DNA of 64,000 nucleotides from a virus. Of the stretch, positions 36,461-45,884 are shown one piece after another. The number at the start of each line of letters is the position of its first letter. Positions within the stretch are counted from its first letter, which is position 1. The stretch lies in IMG/VR virus record IMGVR_UViG_3300025174_000005. The stretch is one strand, 5' to 3'. The translations under genes and the position numbers were made by a program. Below the pieces are notes generated by a model. It was not told where the DNA came from. It made no database searches and saw only the letters and a program-made list of their open reading frames with translations.

Positions 36461-36868
36461 ATGAGTGAACGAACAGTTAACCTACAGGACCATGTAAGGA
36501 AAGAGTGGGGTGCTGGAGATCAATTGCGAGCCCTACGATTTTATTTAAGTGAGAGTATTCAGATATTAGGAGAATACCAAGAAAGCGACTACTCAGGAGT
36601 ATGTTTTGCAATCTTATCTTTATACCGTGGACACAAATATTTTATATGGAGAGATAGCTTTGGAAGTTGTAGTGGTTGTGATGCACTTGATGGAGAAGAT
36701 ATCATAGGAGGATTAGAATACATTAAGAGTACTTTGGTAGAGGGTAGTACTAAAGAATTTGATACATTGGATGATATAGAATCATACTTACAAACTACTC
36801 CAGATTTTTTATGGAAAGATTTCCCTATAGATATTTTACACGTAGCTATGGGGCTAAAACAAAATTAG
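36461..36868 (+). CDS. Hypothetical phage protein
   Basis: EYQESDYSG...FGSCSGCDAL; C-terminal FPIDILHVAMGL. Confidence 0.65.
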   Translation: MSERTVNLQDHVRKEWGAGDQLRALRFYLSESIQILGEYQESDYSGVCFAILSLYRGHKYFIWRDSFGSCSGCDALDGEDIIGGLEYIKSTLVEGSTKEFDTLDDIESYLQTTPDFLWKDFPIDILHVAMGLKQN

Positions 36869-36884
36869 AAGGAACCTTACTTAA

Positions 36885-37409
36885 TTGAAACGTGAACTAG
36901 AAGATAAAATATACAAAGACTTTCCCCTTCTGTATCGTGGTAGAAATAAGAGTTTACAAGAAAATCTTATGGGTTTTGGTTTTGAGTGTAGCGACGGATG
37001 GTATTATTTGCTTTATGATCTAAGCTCTAAATTAGAACATCTTATTAAGAAGATGAGACCAACCATATGTAAATCTTGTTACCATAAGAAGAAAGAACAC
37101 CTACCTGTTTGTATACATGATATACCAACAGTCGAACTAGGAATAGCAAACGGCAAAGATGGGAGATGTGGCTGCTCTAAGTTTACACCATATTATCCAG
37201 AGGTAATACAAGTTAAGAGTAAATTTGCAGGACTCAGATATTATATACATGGGGCTACAAACGACATGAATCAACTTATCCAGGAAGCCGAAGAAGAGAG
37301 CTATACCATATGTGAGCTATGTGGTTCTCCAGGAAGAGAACATCAAGTAAGAAGCTGGTATTGGACATTATGTAAGAAGTGTTTTCTTTTACAGGAAAGA
37401 AGAGGTTAG
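36885..37409 (+). CDS. Conserved phage protein (GFEC.DGW / Q.K.KF.GLR type) with a Cys/His insertion
   Basis: GFECSDGWY, QVKSKFAGLRYY, CELCGSPG...TLC. Confidence 0.7.
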   Translation: MKRELEDKIYKDFPLLYRGRNKSLQENLMGFGFECSDGWYYLLYDLSSKLEHLIKKMRPTICKSCYHKKKEHLPVCIHDIPTVELGIANGKDGRCGCSKFTPYYPEVIQVKSKFAGLRYYIHGATNDMNQLIQEAEEESYTICELCGSPGREHQVRSWYWTLCKKCFLLQERRG

Positions 37410-37548
37410 GAGGTTGGTAGGTTATGTTAATGTTTCTGATATGATTAAAACAACTGATGGTGTAATAATAGGAGAAAACACAATGTTTCTAACCAACAAT
37501 CAAGTTAAGAGTTGGATGATAAAAATAAAGGATGGTGAAATATAATAT

Positions 37549-37734
37549 ATGAGTGATATAAAATCCTATCCGCCAGGTAGTGAAGAAGCTGAGAAGCTAG
37601 GATGTACATGTCCTGTAATGGATAATCATTATGGAGCTGGATTCCAATATGGATCTGAGGGGACATGTTACTGGATAAATGGAGATTGTTCCTTACACGC
37701 AAAAAATGAAGATAAGAGGAAGGTTAAAGATTAG
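37549..37734 (+). CDS. Small Cys-rich phage protein
   Basis: PGSEEAEKLGCTCPVMDNHYGAG...CSLH. Confidence 0.7.
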   Translation: MSDIKSYPPGSEEAEKLGCTCPVMDNHYGAGFQYGSEGTCYWINGDCSLHAKNEDKRKVKD

Positions 37735-37970
37735 TTGGAGTAATTACTTAGTTTTACCTAAATATAAACTAGTTTTTGAGATATCTAGGTATTTGGAAGA
37801 TATAGAATTAGGTGAAGATATAGTAGCAATACTAGATGATAGTATGGTAGCATCAAAGATAATTGATTTAGATATACCCTACTGTAACTTAACTATAAAG
37901 TTAGTTGCGGATTTAGAAGGTACGCGGTAAGACCTGACCGTTACGGCAGGCACGTAATGAGGAGGCTAAA

Positions 37971-38506
37971 ATGAAGACACACGATGAGATACTAAGCGAG
38001 TTGACAAAAGGGATCGAAGAGCGTGATAGAGCAAGGGAACTGTATGAAGCAGAGGATCCAACGGTCTATCTGCTGGAAGAGATAGACCGTTGGATCCTAA
38101 ATATCGAGAAAGAAAACGCCGAATTTGGAGTAGAGGAATATGAAGCAAAGAAAGCCGTTCTTCTTGAAGAACGGCGAAGAATAATAAGAAACGCATGAGG
38201 AGGTAAAACAACATGAACATGACGAGCATGTTAAAAAAAGCGCAAGTGGCAAGCGCGTGTAAGGAGGCGCTTGCTGCGTGCGCAAAACTGACGTTCGAGG
38301 AGGCGCTTGCGCTGCCGAAAGCACCTCGCTGGGCGGTCTGGTACGCCCAGAACGTCCTGAAGGGGCGCTTTCGCGCTGCCGAGGAGGTGATCGCGCAGGA
38401 TGCTGAGTACGCGTATTGGTACGCTCGTTACGTCATAGAAGGGCGGTTTGAAGCAGGTGAGAATGAGGGATATATTTTAATAGATAGGAGCCTTGAAGAT
38501 GATTAA
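37971..38506 (+). CDS. Two ORFs (37971-38198, 38213-38506) in a GC-richer island; the second has YA..V..GRF..(A/G)E repeats
   Basis: Both have GAGGAGG RBSs; hand count 143/240 G+C for 38221-38460 versus 19/60 for 38461-38520. Confidence 0.7.
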
Positions 38507-39225
38507 ATACACCAAGAAGAGCATGGAAATAGATGTTGAATCCGATGTCATATGTAATAAGTGTGGTCAATCGGTAGTTATAGATGTCCACGGAGAACAA
38601 GAATGGGAAGCCATAAATATTAGTCATATATTTGGATATTGGAGTACGGGCAGAGATGGAGAGCAGTATACCGCTCATCTATGTGAAGGCTGCTACATAG
38701 AGTTTATAGATACGTTTACTATTCCTCCTGAAATAAGTAATTACTATTACGGAAATACAAACGAAAATGATAGCTTTATGTAAGGGAGAATATAAGATGG
38801 GACTGTTCGATACTTTCATTGTATTTAATTATCGTTGTCCTAAGTGTGGACATATGAATGCGGAAGTTGATTTTCAAACCAAAGATTTTGATAATCACCT
38901 AGATCATATTAAGGTAGGTGAAGATGTTAGGGATGATGTAGAGGTGTGGTTTTTAAATAATGCTACCATCTTTGGGGAAAGCAAACTAAGTAAGAAACAG
39001 GCCGAATCATTAACTAGGAGATATCCTCATAAATATAAAATGAGTAGCTTTGAAAATGATGATGACAACTGGTCTATATACAAATATGCTGGTAAAAGAA
39101 AACGTAATTTCTCACACATAAGATATGCTACCTTTGAATTACATGGTGGTTGTGATGGGTGTGATGTATTCATAGAAACAGTAGGACACATAGAGGATTA
39201 TATATTTAAAGGCATAAAACAATAG
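38493..39225 (+). CDS. Two zinc-finger hypothetical ORFs (38493-38783, 38767-39225), the last genes of the + arm
   Basis: CNKC..HLCEGC in the first; CPKC..CDGC in the second. Confidence 0.6.
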
Positions 39226-39244
39226 ATAAAATATATACTATAAG

Positions 39245-39580
39245 CTATATATGTAGTCTATCTAATATCTTAGCGGGTATCATAAAGAGGATATAGAACA
39301 AAGTATTACATAATATATTTAAGGGGAACTTTAATTTCTCTATACTAAGTAGTTCAGCTACTACCTGGGATGCAACATCTATATTTTTATAGATAGTAGT
39401 GATATTACCATATGTCCGCTCAAAGATTAATTCTCCAGGTTTATCTATAGGTATTAATGTAATACGCTTATTTTTATCTAAGCATTTAATTATCTGAGCT
39501 AATCCTATGCATATAGGACAACTAGATCGATATGTTAATATTCCACAACAATTATTTTTACAAGACATAGTAATCTCCAA
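39245..39580 (-). CDS. Small ORFan, last gene of the - arm; possible remote RxLLG-family member
   Basis: Contains ITLIP and ASQVVAELLSI. Confidence 0.5.
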   Translation of the reverse strand: MEITMSCKNNCCGILTYRSSCPICIGLAQIIKCLDKNKRITLIPIDKPGELIFERTYGNITTIYKNIDVASQVVAELLSIEKLKFPLNILCNTLFYILFMIPAKILDRLHI

Positions 39581-39600
39581 AACATATCGCTTTAAAATAC

Positions 39601-40371
39601 CTATATATTAGCTATGTATCCTGATATATATATGTAAGCTCTTTGAGTGCCTGATGGGCCTATATTATCAACCTTATATTCTACTTGTTGAGAAGTGTTA
39701 GTAACTACATAGCCATTGTTGTGTATGGGTATGCCTATTGCTCCTGAACAGCTCTGTGCTAGATGCTGACTGCCTATTCCAGGCGTGCGTATGTCTATAC
39801 CACCACGCTGTCCAGATGTTGTTTGTTCTATAGAGGCATCCAGATATACTGTATCTGATATGGGTGGAACAAAGCTTCCACAAGATACATTCGTATATGA
39901 TGTGGCATTGCCTTGATTTAAAACTAACCTACTACTGTCTGCTCCTTGATATAATACTAAATCATTTCTCTGTACAAAACGTAAAAAGTCAGACGAACTA
40001 TTGTTTCTAACAGCTCCAACCATATGTTTAAATATATAATCTGCTGGTAGGGTAGGTGATGTACTAGATATATCTAGGATGGCTCCTACGGTCATATCTA
40101 CCTTGCCTACAATCCATACATAATACCATGTATCAATTGCCTCTGAACCAGCACTGCGCCCACCAAGACCAAGTACTGTTATGTCTACTGTAGTTGATAA
40201 GTTTCTAATATCATAACTTTCACCTGTGTTATTAGTTAAAGTTATAGTGTTGGCTATAATATCTAATTTAGATAAAGGAGTAGTTGCGTTATTGGATATC
40301 CTTAGATTGCTGTAAAATCCTGGATTACTAACATCAGTTAGTCTGTCAAACCTAATAGGTGTTTTACTCAT
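39601..40371 (-). CDS. Virion fibre/baseplate-associated protein
   Basis: WYYVW...HMVGAVRNNSS.DFLRF segment resembles the LVG..RT segment of the three long fibres. Confidence 0.6.
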   Translation of the reverse strand: MSKTPIRFDRLTDVSNPGFYSNLRISNNATTPLSKLDIIANTITLTNNTGESYDIRNLSTTVDITVLGLGGRSAGSEAIDTWYYVWIVGKVDMTVGAILDISSTSPTLPADYIFKHMVGAVRNNSSSDFLRFVQRNDLVLYQGADSSRLVLNQGNATSYTNVSCGSFVPPISDTVYLDASIEQTTSGQRGGIDIRTPGIGSQHLAQSCSGAIGIPIHNNGYVVTNTSQQVEYKVDNIGPSGTQRAYIYISGYIANI

Positions 40372-40380
40372 GGTTTACTC

Positions 40381-40668
40381 CTATACTAACTTTAATAATG
40401 CTTGTAAGAGTGTGTCTTTTTCTTCAGCCGTAAGACTGTTCCAATCCCTCGATCTTAACTCTGCAACAGTTGCTCTAGCTTGATCTATTTCGGTAGTATC
40501 TTCTGGTATCGGATCGGCTTCTTCATATACATAAGGTAACATATCCACAGTAACCATACTATTATATCGAGGTGGTATTCCTAATCTTATGTCACCTATA
40601 CCAAGAGTATTTGCTTCTTGGATAGCTTGGTTTATATCGTATGTTTCAGAAACAATATAGCAACGCAT
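40381..40668 (-). CDS. Small fibre-associated (chaperone-like) protein
   Basis: Sits between fibre-type genes; C-terminal helical LTAEEKDTLLQALL. Confidence 0.45.
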   Translation of the reverse strand: MRCYIVSETYDINQAIQEANTLGIGDIRLGIPPRYNSMVTVDMLPYVYEEADPIPEDTTEIDQARATVAELRSRDWNSLTAEEKDTLLQALLKLV

Positions 40669-40685
40669 ATTAACTCCTAAATATT

Positions 40686-41651
40686 TTAAGTGTTTAAAAT
40701 TGTATATACAGTCCCTGCAGTACCATCAGAACCATTAGCACCAGTACCTACACCAGTTCCACCAACACCACCAGGTGCTGAAACGGTATTGCCAGTAACG
40801 GCTGTATCAGTTATTATTATAACTATACCGCCGCCGCCGCCGCCTCCGCCACCACAATTTCCTGTAGTAGGCGTGCCTCCGCCACCACCAAGAGCCCTAA
40901 TAATGCCACTCGTACCTACAATAGAGGGTGATGCAAGAAAAACACATCCTCCTGAACCGCCTCCGCCGCCACCCTTATTAGTACTATCTCCACCGCCACC
41001 TGCTCCACCTGAACCCATAGTTAAGGGGGTATTACCAGTGGTAATAGGTATGAGCCCAGTCCACATGGCTATTGGGACCCTAGCCAATCCACTAGCTGAC
41101 GCTGCTGGCATCCCAGTTGTCCCACCTGTACCACCAGCTCCAGACGCTCCCGCGCCACCATTGCCACCATTTCCACCACCTGCTGATGTAGCTGCACTGC
41201 TACCATTTGAGCCAACCGTTGTTTGTCCTGCGCCGCCCGCTGCACCTGCGCTGCCCCATCTAGCAGTTGGTCCTGCACTGCCTGCGGTTCCAGTAGCACC
41301 ACCGTTGTTCTGTGGTATGTTGAGTGATTGTATGGTTCCATTATTAGTTATTGATGTTGTTGCATATATGCATAATCCTCTTGTATTTAATATAATACCA
41401 GAATTAACGACGATAGTTGTAGCATATACATTACTACTTAAGTTTGTATCACTGGTATAGACAATTGCCCCATCACTTCCATCCCCATAAATTACCTGAC
41501 CTCCAGTAGAACCGCCGCTTGAAGCTATGCTAATATCTTGTCCAGATTGAGTTAATGTCACACCACTACCTTGTGATAAAGTAACATCGCCCTGTAGTGG
41601 AATATTTCCACTTTTAGCTATCGAGTTAACCCTTCCTGGAATAATAGACAT
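40686..41651 (-). CDS. Glycine-rich virion protein
   Basis: YGDGSDG...GGGGGGSGG..GGGGGGGGIV; N-terminal LQGDVTLSQGSGVTLTQSG is shared with the long fibres. Confidence 0.7.
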   Translation of the reverse strand: MSIIPGRVNSIAKSGNIPLQGDVTLSQGSGVTLTQSGQDISIASSGGSTGGQVIYGDGSDGAIVYTSDTNLSSNVYATTIVVNSGIILNTRGLCIYATTSITNNGTIQSLNIPQNNGGATGTAGSAGPTARWGSAGAAGGAGQTTVGSNGSSAATSAGGGNGGNGGAGASGAGGTGGTTGMPAASASGLARVPIAMWTGLIPITTGNTPLTMGSGGAGGGGDSTNKGGGGGGSGGCVFLASPSIVGTSGIIRALGGGGGTPTTGNCGGGGGGGGGIVIIITDTAVTGNTVSAPGGVGGTGVGTGANGSDGTAGTVYTILNT

Positions 41652-41652
41652 A

Positions 41653-42093
41653 TTAAGTAGTAAACTCCTGTATGGCTAAGTTACTTGAAGCAGCAGAAGC
41701 AATGGCATTAATGGCTCCAGTAGTAAATGAGTATTCGTCCATAACCCATGCACCGCCTGCGCCTAATGTAATACCGCTATATAATACAGCAGTAACACCT
41801 AAACCAAACGATATAGTATTAGTTGATGTATTAGTTAAGATTAATCCTTTGCGAGTAGCGCTAGATGCTACAGCTTGAGCAGATGTAACTCCAACAGTAG
41901 CAGCAGTAGGTGAAGTGGTTGTTAATGCTGTTTTGGTATTAATCGTACCTGATACTGGTTGAGTGGTTGTTCCCGTAGGATCAATTCTGACAGGTGTCAT
42001 ACCAGCGACACCCTGTATGGTTAATATATTGCCAGATGGAGATCCTGGAGTACCTTCTCCTTCTATAGACGCATCGATGGTAACATCAGACAT
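41653..42093 (-). CDS. Small beta-sandwich virion protein
   Basis: Thr-rich; RKGLILTNTSTNTISFG..GITLGAG. Confidence 0.55.
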   Translation of the reverse strand: MSDVTIDASIEGEGTPGSPSGNILTIQGVAGMTPVRIDPTGTTTQPVSGTINTKTALTTTSPTAATVGVTSAQAVASSATRKGLILTNTSTNTISFGLGVTAVLYSGITLGAGGAWVMDEYSFTTGAINAIASAASSNLAIQEFTT

Positions 42094-42152
42094 AGGAAAC
42101 TCCTTAAGAGAAAATAAATAATAGAATATTGTCTATTTAATTAATAGCATTT

Positions 42153-42186
42153 AAAAGAAGAGAGCCGAGATAGGTCTCGGCTCTCT
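42153..42186 (-). terminator. Intrinsic terminator (minus strand)
   Basis: 12-bp stem agagagccgaga/tctcggctctct followed on the - strand by tctttt. Confidence 0.8.
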
Positions 42187-42209
42187 GCCCTATGCTTAGT
42201 TAGTTAAAA

Positions 42210-42998
42210 TTATTCTTCGGTCCATGTAATAGATGAGTATATTGTTGCTGTTTCTACATCGTCCATGTTAGTAACTGTAACTCTGAATCTATCGTCACCA
42301 TCAGAGACTAAGGAGATAGCACCATCTACTATATTAAGCTCGACAGTTTCACCAGCATTACCAAAAACAACTCTTTGATCTACAAGTGTTCCTGCGTTTG
42401 CATTGGTTTTTAAGATTGCCTTAAAAGGTACAGATGAGGAAACAACAAAGCGTAAGACCTTACCAGTTGTGGAAGTTGTAATAAATGCTGTATCAGAGGA
42501 ACCTGAAGCACCAGGAGCTAAATCTCCACCATGGGTTAGTACGCCTGAGTCAATTATGGTTCCAGTTGCACCTTCAGTAGATACCTGAAGGATACCAGCA
42601 GCATCAACCTTAAGAAATCTAGCATCGGTTCCATCAGAACCCATCATGATAAGGCCGTCTGTACCTATTGCAGCACCAGCGACACGATCTGCATCGGTAT
42701 TAACGCCTACCTTACCATCACCATCAATTAGTAATGTATCGGTACCATCACTAACCTTAACAACAACATCACCATCTGCATCTGTTTTAACTGAAATCTG
42801 ACCAGTTGCAGATATTGCTAGGATATCAGTACCATCACTGATTTTGGCTACAACATCACCGTCAGTTGCAGTTTTTACAGATAATTGACCAGTTGCAGAT
42901 ATTGCTAATAGATTAGAACCAGCACTATCTACTAACTTTGCGACTACATCTCCAGAATCCTTAGTTTTAACTGCAAAAGGGGTTTGCACATCAGCCAT
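42210..42998 (-). CDS. Virion protein with ~29-aa tandem repeats and a C-terminal beta domain
   Basis: Repeats of DGDVVAK.SDGTD.LAISATGQ.SVKT (87-bp period). Confidence 0.65.
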   Translation of the reverse strand: MADVQTPFAVKTKDSGDVVAKLVDSAGSNLLAISATGQLSVKTATDGDVVAKISDGTDILAISATGQISVKTDADGDVVVKVSDGTDTLLIDGDGKVGVNTDADRVAGAAIGTDGLIMMGSDGTDARFLKVDAAGILQVSTEGATGTIIDSGVLTHGGDLAPGASGSSDTAFITTSTTGKVLRFVVSSSVPFKAILKTNANAGTLVDQRVVFGNAGETVELNIVDGAISLVSDGDDRFRVTVTNMDDVETATIYSSITWTEE

Positions 42999-43171
42999 TA
43001 ATCATCACTCCTTATTTATAGTATACAAAGGACGTCCTCTTAGGACGTCTTCAAGCAAGCCAGCTTTAAAAAGAAATTAATCTTGCATACTATAGAATAG
43101 TCCCCTACGGGCTGTAGGAGACCATTTAAAAACCTTGAAATAGAGCTGTTTATAGGTAATATGTACTATTA

Positions 43172-43372
43172 CTACGCTGGCATCTTGGCAATTTTTTCTT
43201 CTAAATCTGCTACATTTTTTTGAAGATTGAGAATAGCGGTATCTACTTTATACTTCTCGTCTTCTATTTCAAGAAGGCGTAGTTCTTGACGCTGTATAGT
43301 AAGTAAGATTGCATTCCTTTCAAGTTCTAATCTTTTCTTTTCTAGTCTAAGATTGGGACCTACATCAGCCAT
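43172..43372 (-). CDS. Short coiled-coil protein
   Basis: Heptad pattern; AAGGAG RBS. Confidence 0.6.
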   Translation of the reverse strand: MADVGPNLRLEKKRLELERNAILLTIQRQELRLLEIEDEKYKVDTAILNLQKNVADLEEKIAKMPA

Positions 43373-43407
43373 ATACTAATTCCTCCTTATTGGTTCTTTA
43401 CGCGGAC

Positions 43408-45855
43408 TTAGCCCATCATTTCTACTTGTATGTTTGTCCAGCCACCACCCGAACCACTACCACTATGGAAGTTAACAGCGCCACCAACAACCTGAGCCAC
43501 CAACGAAGCTTGCATAGGAGGTCCATAGTTATTGCCTGCATAATATTGGAGTTCCATTAGTGCTTTAGGGATCACCGTAGTAAATGACACGTTAATTATT
43601 TCACCACTATTAGGTAATGTAATTTTTTTATTACCGTCTCCATCTATAACGCGTTCTCCACTTGGTGTAGTAATGCCTGACACCATCGAAGAGAGATATA
43701 ATGTTGGAGTTCCCGATGACTTAGATATGGTAACCTGACCACGAAGTATTACGTCATCTTCATTGGCAAAATCCCAGGCAGTATTTGGCCAATACAAAAA
43801 CTCTACCGCAAATGATGACGGATTAGCAATAGCAGTACATCCAGCATGATATTCAAGAGGTGAAACGGGTCCGTACACGCCACTATCTGGCATTGCGGAT
43901 ATACCAGGACTACCTATGCCTCTCCATGGACCAGGCACAAAAGGCACACAAAACGACGTATCATTTTTGTTACCATAGAAACCTCCACCATATGGAAGTG
44001 GATTACCACAACAGTCACTACCTGTAGCTGATAATACGAAGTCACTTTGCAAACTCGCATAACCTATTATTTTTCTACGATTAAACCTAGATATGACTAG
44101 TCGTTGAGCAGGTGTGTCTACAAACGCACCATTTCTAGTACGTACAATACCAACTAATCTCTTATTAATGCCCCCATTCAAATCTGAGATTCCGCCTGAA
44201 GACCCTGATGGTATTCCCCTCACAGCTACTAGCCGTGCTTCTCCTCCTATATTACTGGCGAATACAGTAACCCAACTATTATTAGTTATATCATTAAGTC
44301 CTGCATCAGACGCAAGCAACCCAATGCTTGAAATAGGATAATTTGTATTATCAATGGTTAGAGTATTACCACCATACCCAATTAGAAGCAGATTGGTGCT
44401 GTTAAGTTCCAACCTACATTGATTAAGAGATCCACCGCCTCCGCCTCCACCGCCTGTGGAGTTAATAGTAATACTACCTGGAGCATTAACTATAGATATA
44501 TCACTACCTGCTATTAAGTTGGCTGCGGTAAAAGCTCCACCACCTGCAGAACCTATAAGTAATTGTCCATCAGTTAAAGCAGGAGCAACTACGATTGCTG
44601 AAGTATTAGAGATTATAGCTCTATTGACAACTAATGCAGCACCACTATTAGTGCCGCCTTTAGATATTGGAAGAACACCTGTTGTTCCTGCTCCGTCAAT
44701 TACAAGAATATTATATTGTGGTGGATTGCCTGCTCCCATACTTACTAGTGGTAAATTAGCCGTACCACCAGGCATCTGCCCTAAGGTAAGGGCTCCCAAA
44801 CTTACATCGGCTAATGTAAGTGCTTTAAAATATGGATCTCCTGTTCCGCCACCTGATACTAATATTATATTATTACCTGATGTTGGATTATCAGTTAATC
44901 TTGATAAAGACAATATACCTGTAGTATTAGCTAAATCTAAATCTCCAAACATAGGACCTGGACCACCCTGAGAACGGAGCACCTTCCCTGCTGTTGCAGG
45001 ATCTATTAAGTTAACAGCAAATAACCCTGTTGTATGTAATGTAAGATCTAATTTACCCCAAGTTGGCTGTGCGCCTACGCCTCCAGACAATAATACATTA
45101 TTGGTGGCTACATCAGCAAGTTTAGCTAACGTAGTTGCAGTGTTAGCTACAAGTAAATCTCCTATTGTATAGGAAGCAAAACCCGTACCGCCTTCATTAG
45201 CAGGTAATATGCTTGATAAGTCAAAACTACCAGGAGGAACAGCTGCTGCTGTTAATGTAATATTTTGAGCAACTTGGGTAAGAGTTATTCCGCCACCTGA
45301 TAAGAAAAGAATATCTCCATACGTAGGTGAACCACCAGGTATAGTTATGGAATGAATACCTTTATGAGTATGATCTGACTTTGCTATGTTTGGTGATGTA
45401 CCAGGTAAAGAACCAGTGGCTATCTCTGTAGGCATACTACTTGATAACTTAGTGTCTATAGTAATATCACTGCCACTTTGAGTAGCTACTACCGCATTGG
45501 TCGATGATAGTACGATATCTCCATGTAATTCAGGTTGTCCTGTTAGGGAAAAACTATGTAATCCTTGATGAGTATGGTCACTTAATACATAAGCGATTCC
45601 ACTACCTATATTATTAGCTAAAGCAATATTCTGAGATGTACCTGGCGCCAATAGAGATCTTAATACGGAAGCTCCAATATTATCGTATAATTCTATATTG
45701 CCAGAGTTCTTCTGCAATAAAATAACTGAACTATCAGATGGTGTAGCCATAAATTTAATACCAGGTAAGCTACCACCCAATATAATAGGTTGATTGAAGG
45801 TTTTAATACCTGTTATTGTATCGTTCGTATTTAATGTTATATGTCGGTTAGGCAT
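43408..45855 (-). CDS. Long tail-fibre-like protein, paralogue 3
   Basis: Conserved N-terminus (HIT...D.ITGIKTF), two H-x-H-[QK]-G repeats, GGTG..YTIGDLLVA, distinct C-terminal head. Confidence 0.75.
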   Translation of the reverse strand: MPNRHITLNTNDTITGIKTFNQPIILGGSLPGIKFMATPSDSSVILLQKNSGNIELYDNIGASVLRSLLAPGTSQNIALANNIGSGIAYVLSDHTHQGLHSFSLTGQPELHGDIVLSSTNAVVATQSGSDITIDTKLSSSMPTEIATGSLPGTSPNIAKSDHTHKGIHSITIPGGSPTYGDILFLSGGGITLTQVAQNITLTAAAVPPGSFDLSSILPANEGGTGFASYTIGDLLVANTATTLAKLADVATNNVLLSGGVGAQPTWGKLDLTLHTTGLFAVNLIDPATAGKVLRSQGGPGPMFGDLDLANTTGILSLSRLTDNPTSGNNIILVSGGGTGDPYFKALTLADVSLGALTLGQMPGGTANLPLVSMGAGNPPQYNILVIDGAGTTGVLPISKGGTNSGAALVVNRAIISNTSAIVVAPALTDGQLLIGSAGGGAFTAANLIAGSDISIVNAPGSITINSTGGGGGGGGSLNQCRLELNSTNLLLIGYGGNTLTIDNTNYPISSIGLLASDAGLNDITNNSWVTVFASNIGGEARLVAVRGIPSGSSGGISDLNGGINKRLVGIVRTRNGAFVDTPAQRLVISRFNRRKIIGYASLQSDFVLSATGSDCCGNPLPYGGGFYGNKNDTSFCVPFVPGPWRGIGSPGISAMPDSGVYGPVSPLEYHAGCTAIANPSSFAVEFLYWPNTAWDFANEDDVILRGQVTISKSSGTPTLYLSSMVSGITTPSGERVIDGDGNKKITLPNSGEIINVSFTTVIPKALMELQYYAGNNYGPPMQASLVAQVVGGAVNFHSGSGSGGGWTNIQVEMMG

Positions 45856-45884
45856 ATGTATCCCTTTTATCCATTTTAGCGGCC

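Noticed and set aside
40690-41460. 256-aa Pro-rich ORF on the + strand (likewise 44456-44971, 44114-44341, 47923-48177, 51308-51646)
   Set aside because: Antisense shadows of Gly-rich GGN codons in the real minus-strand genes; no RBS or independent features.
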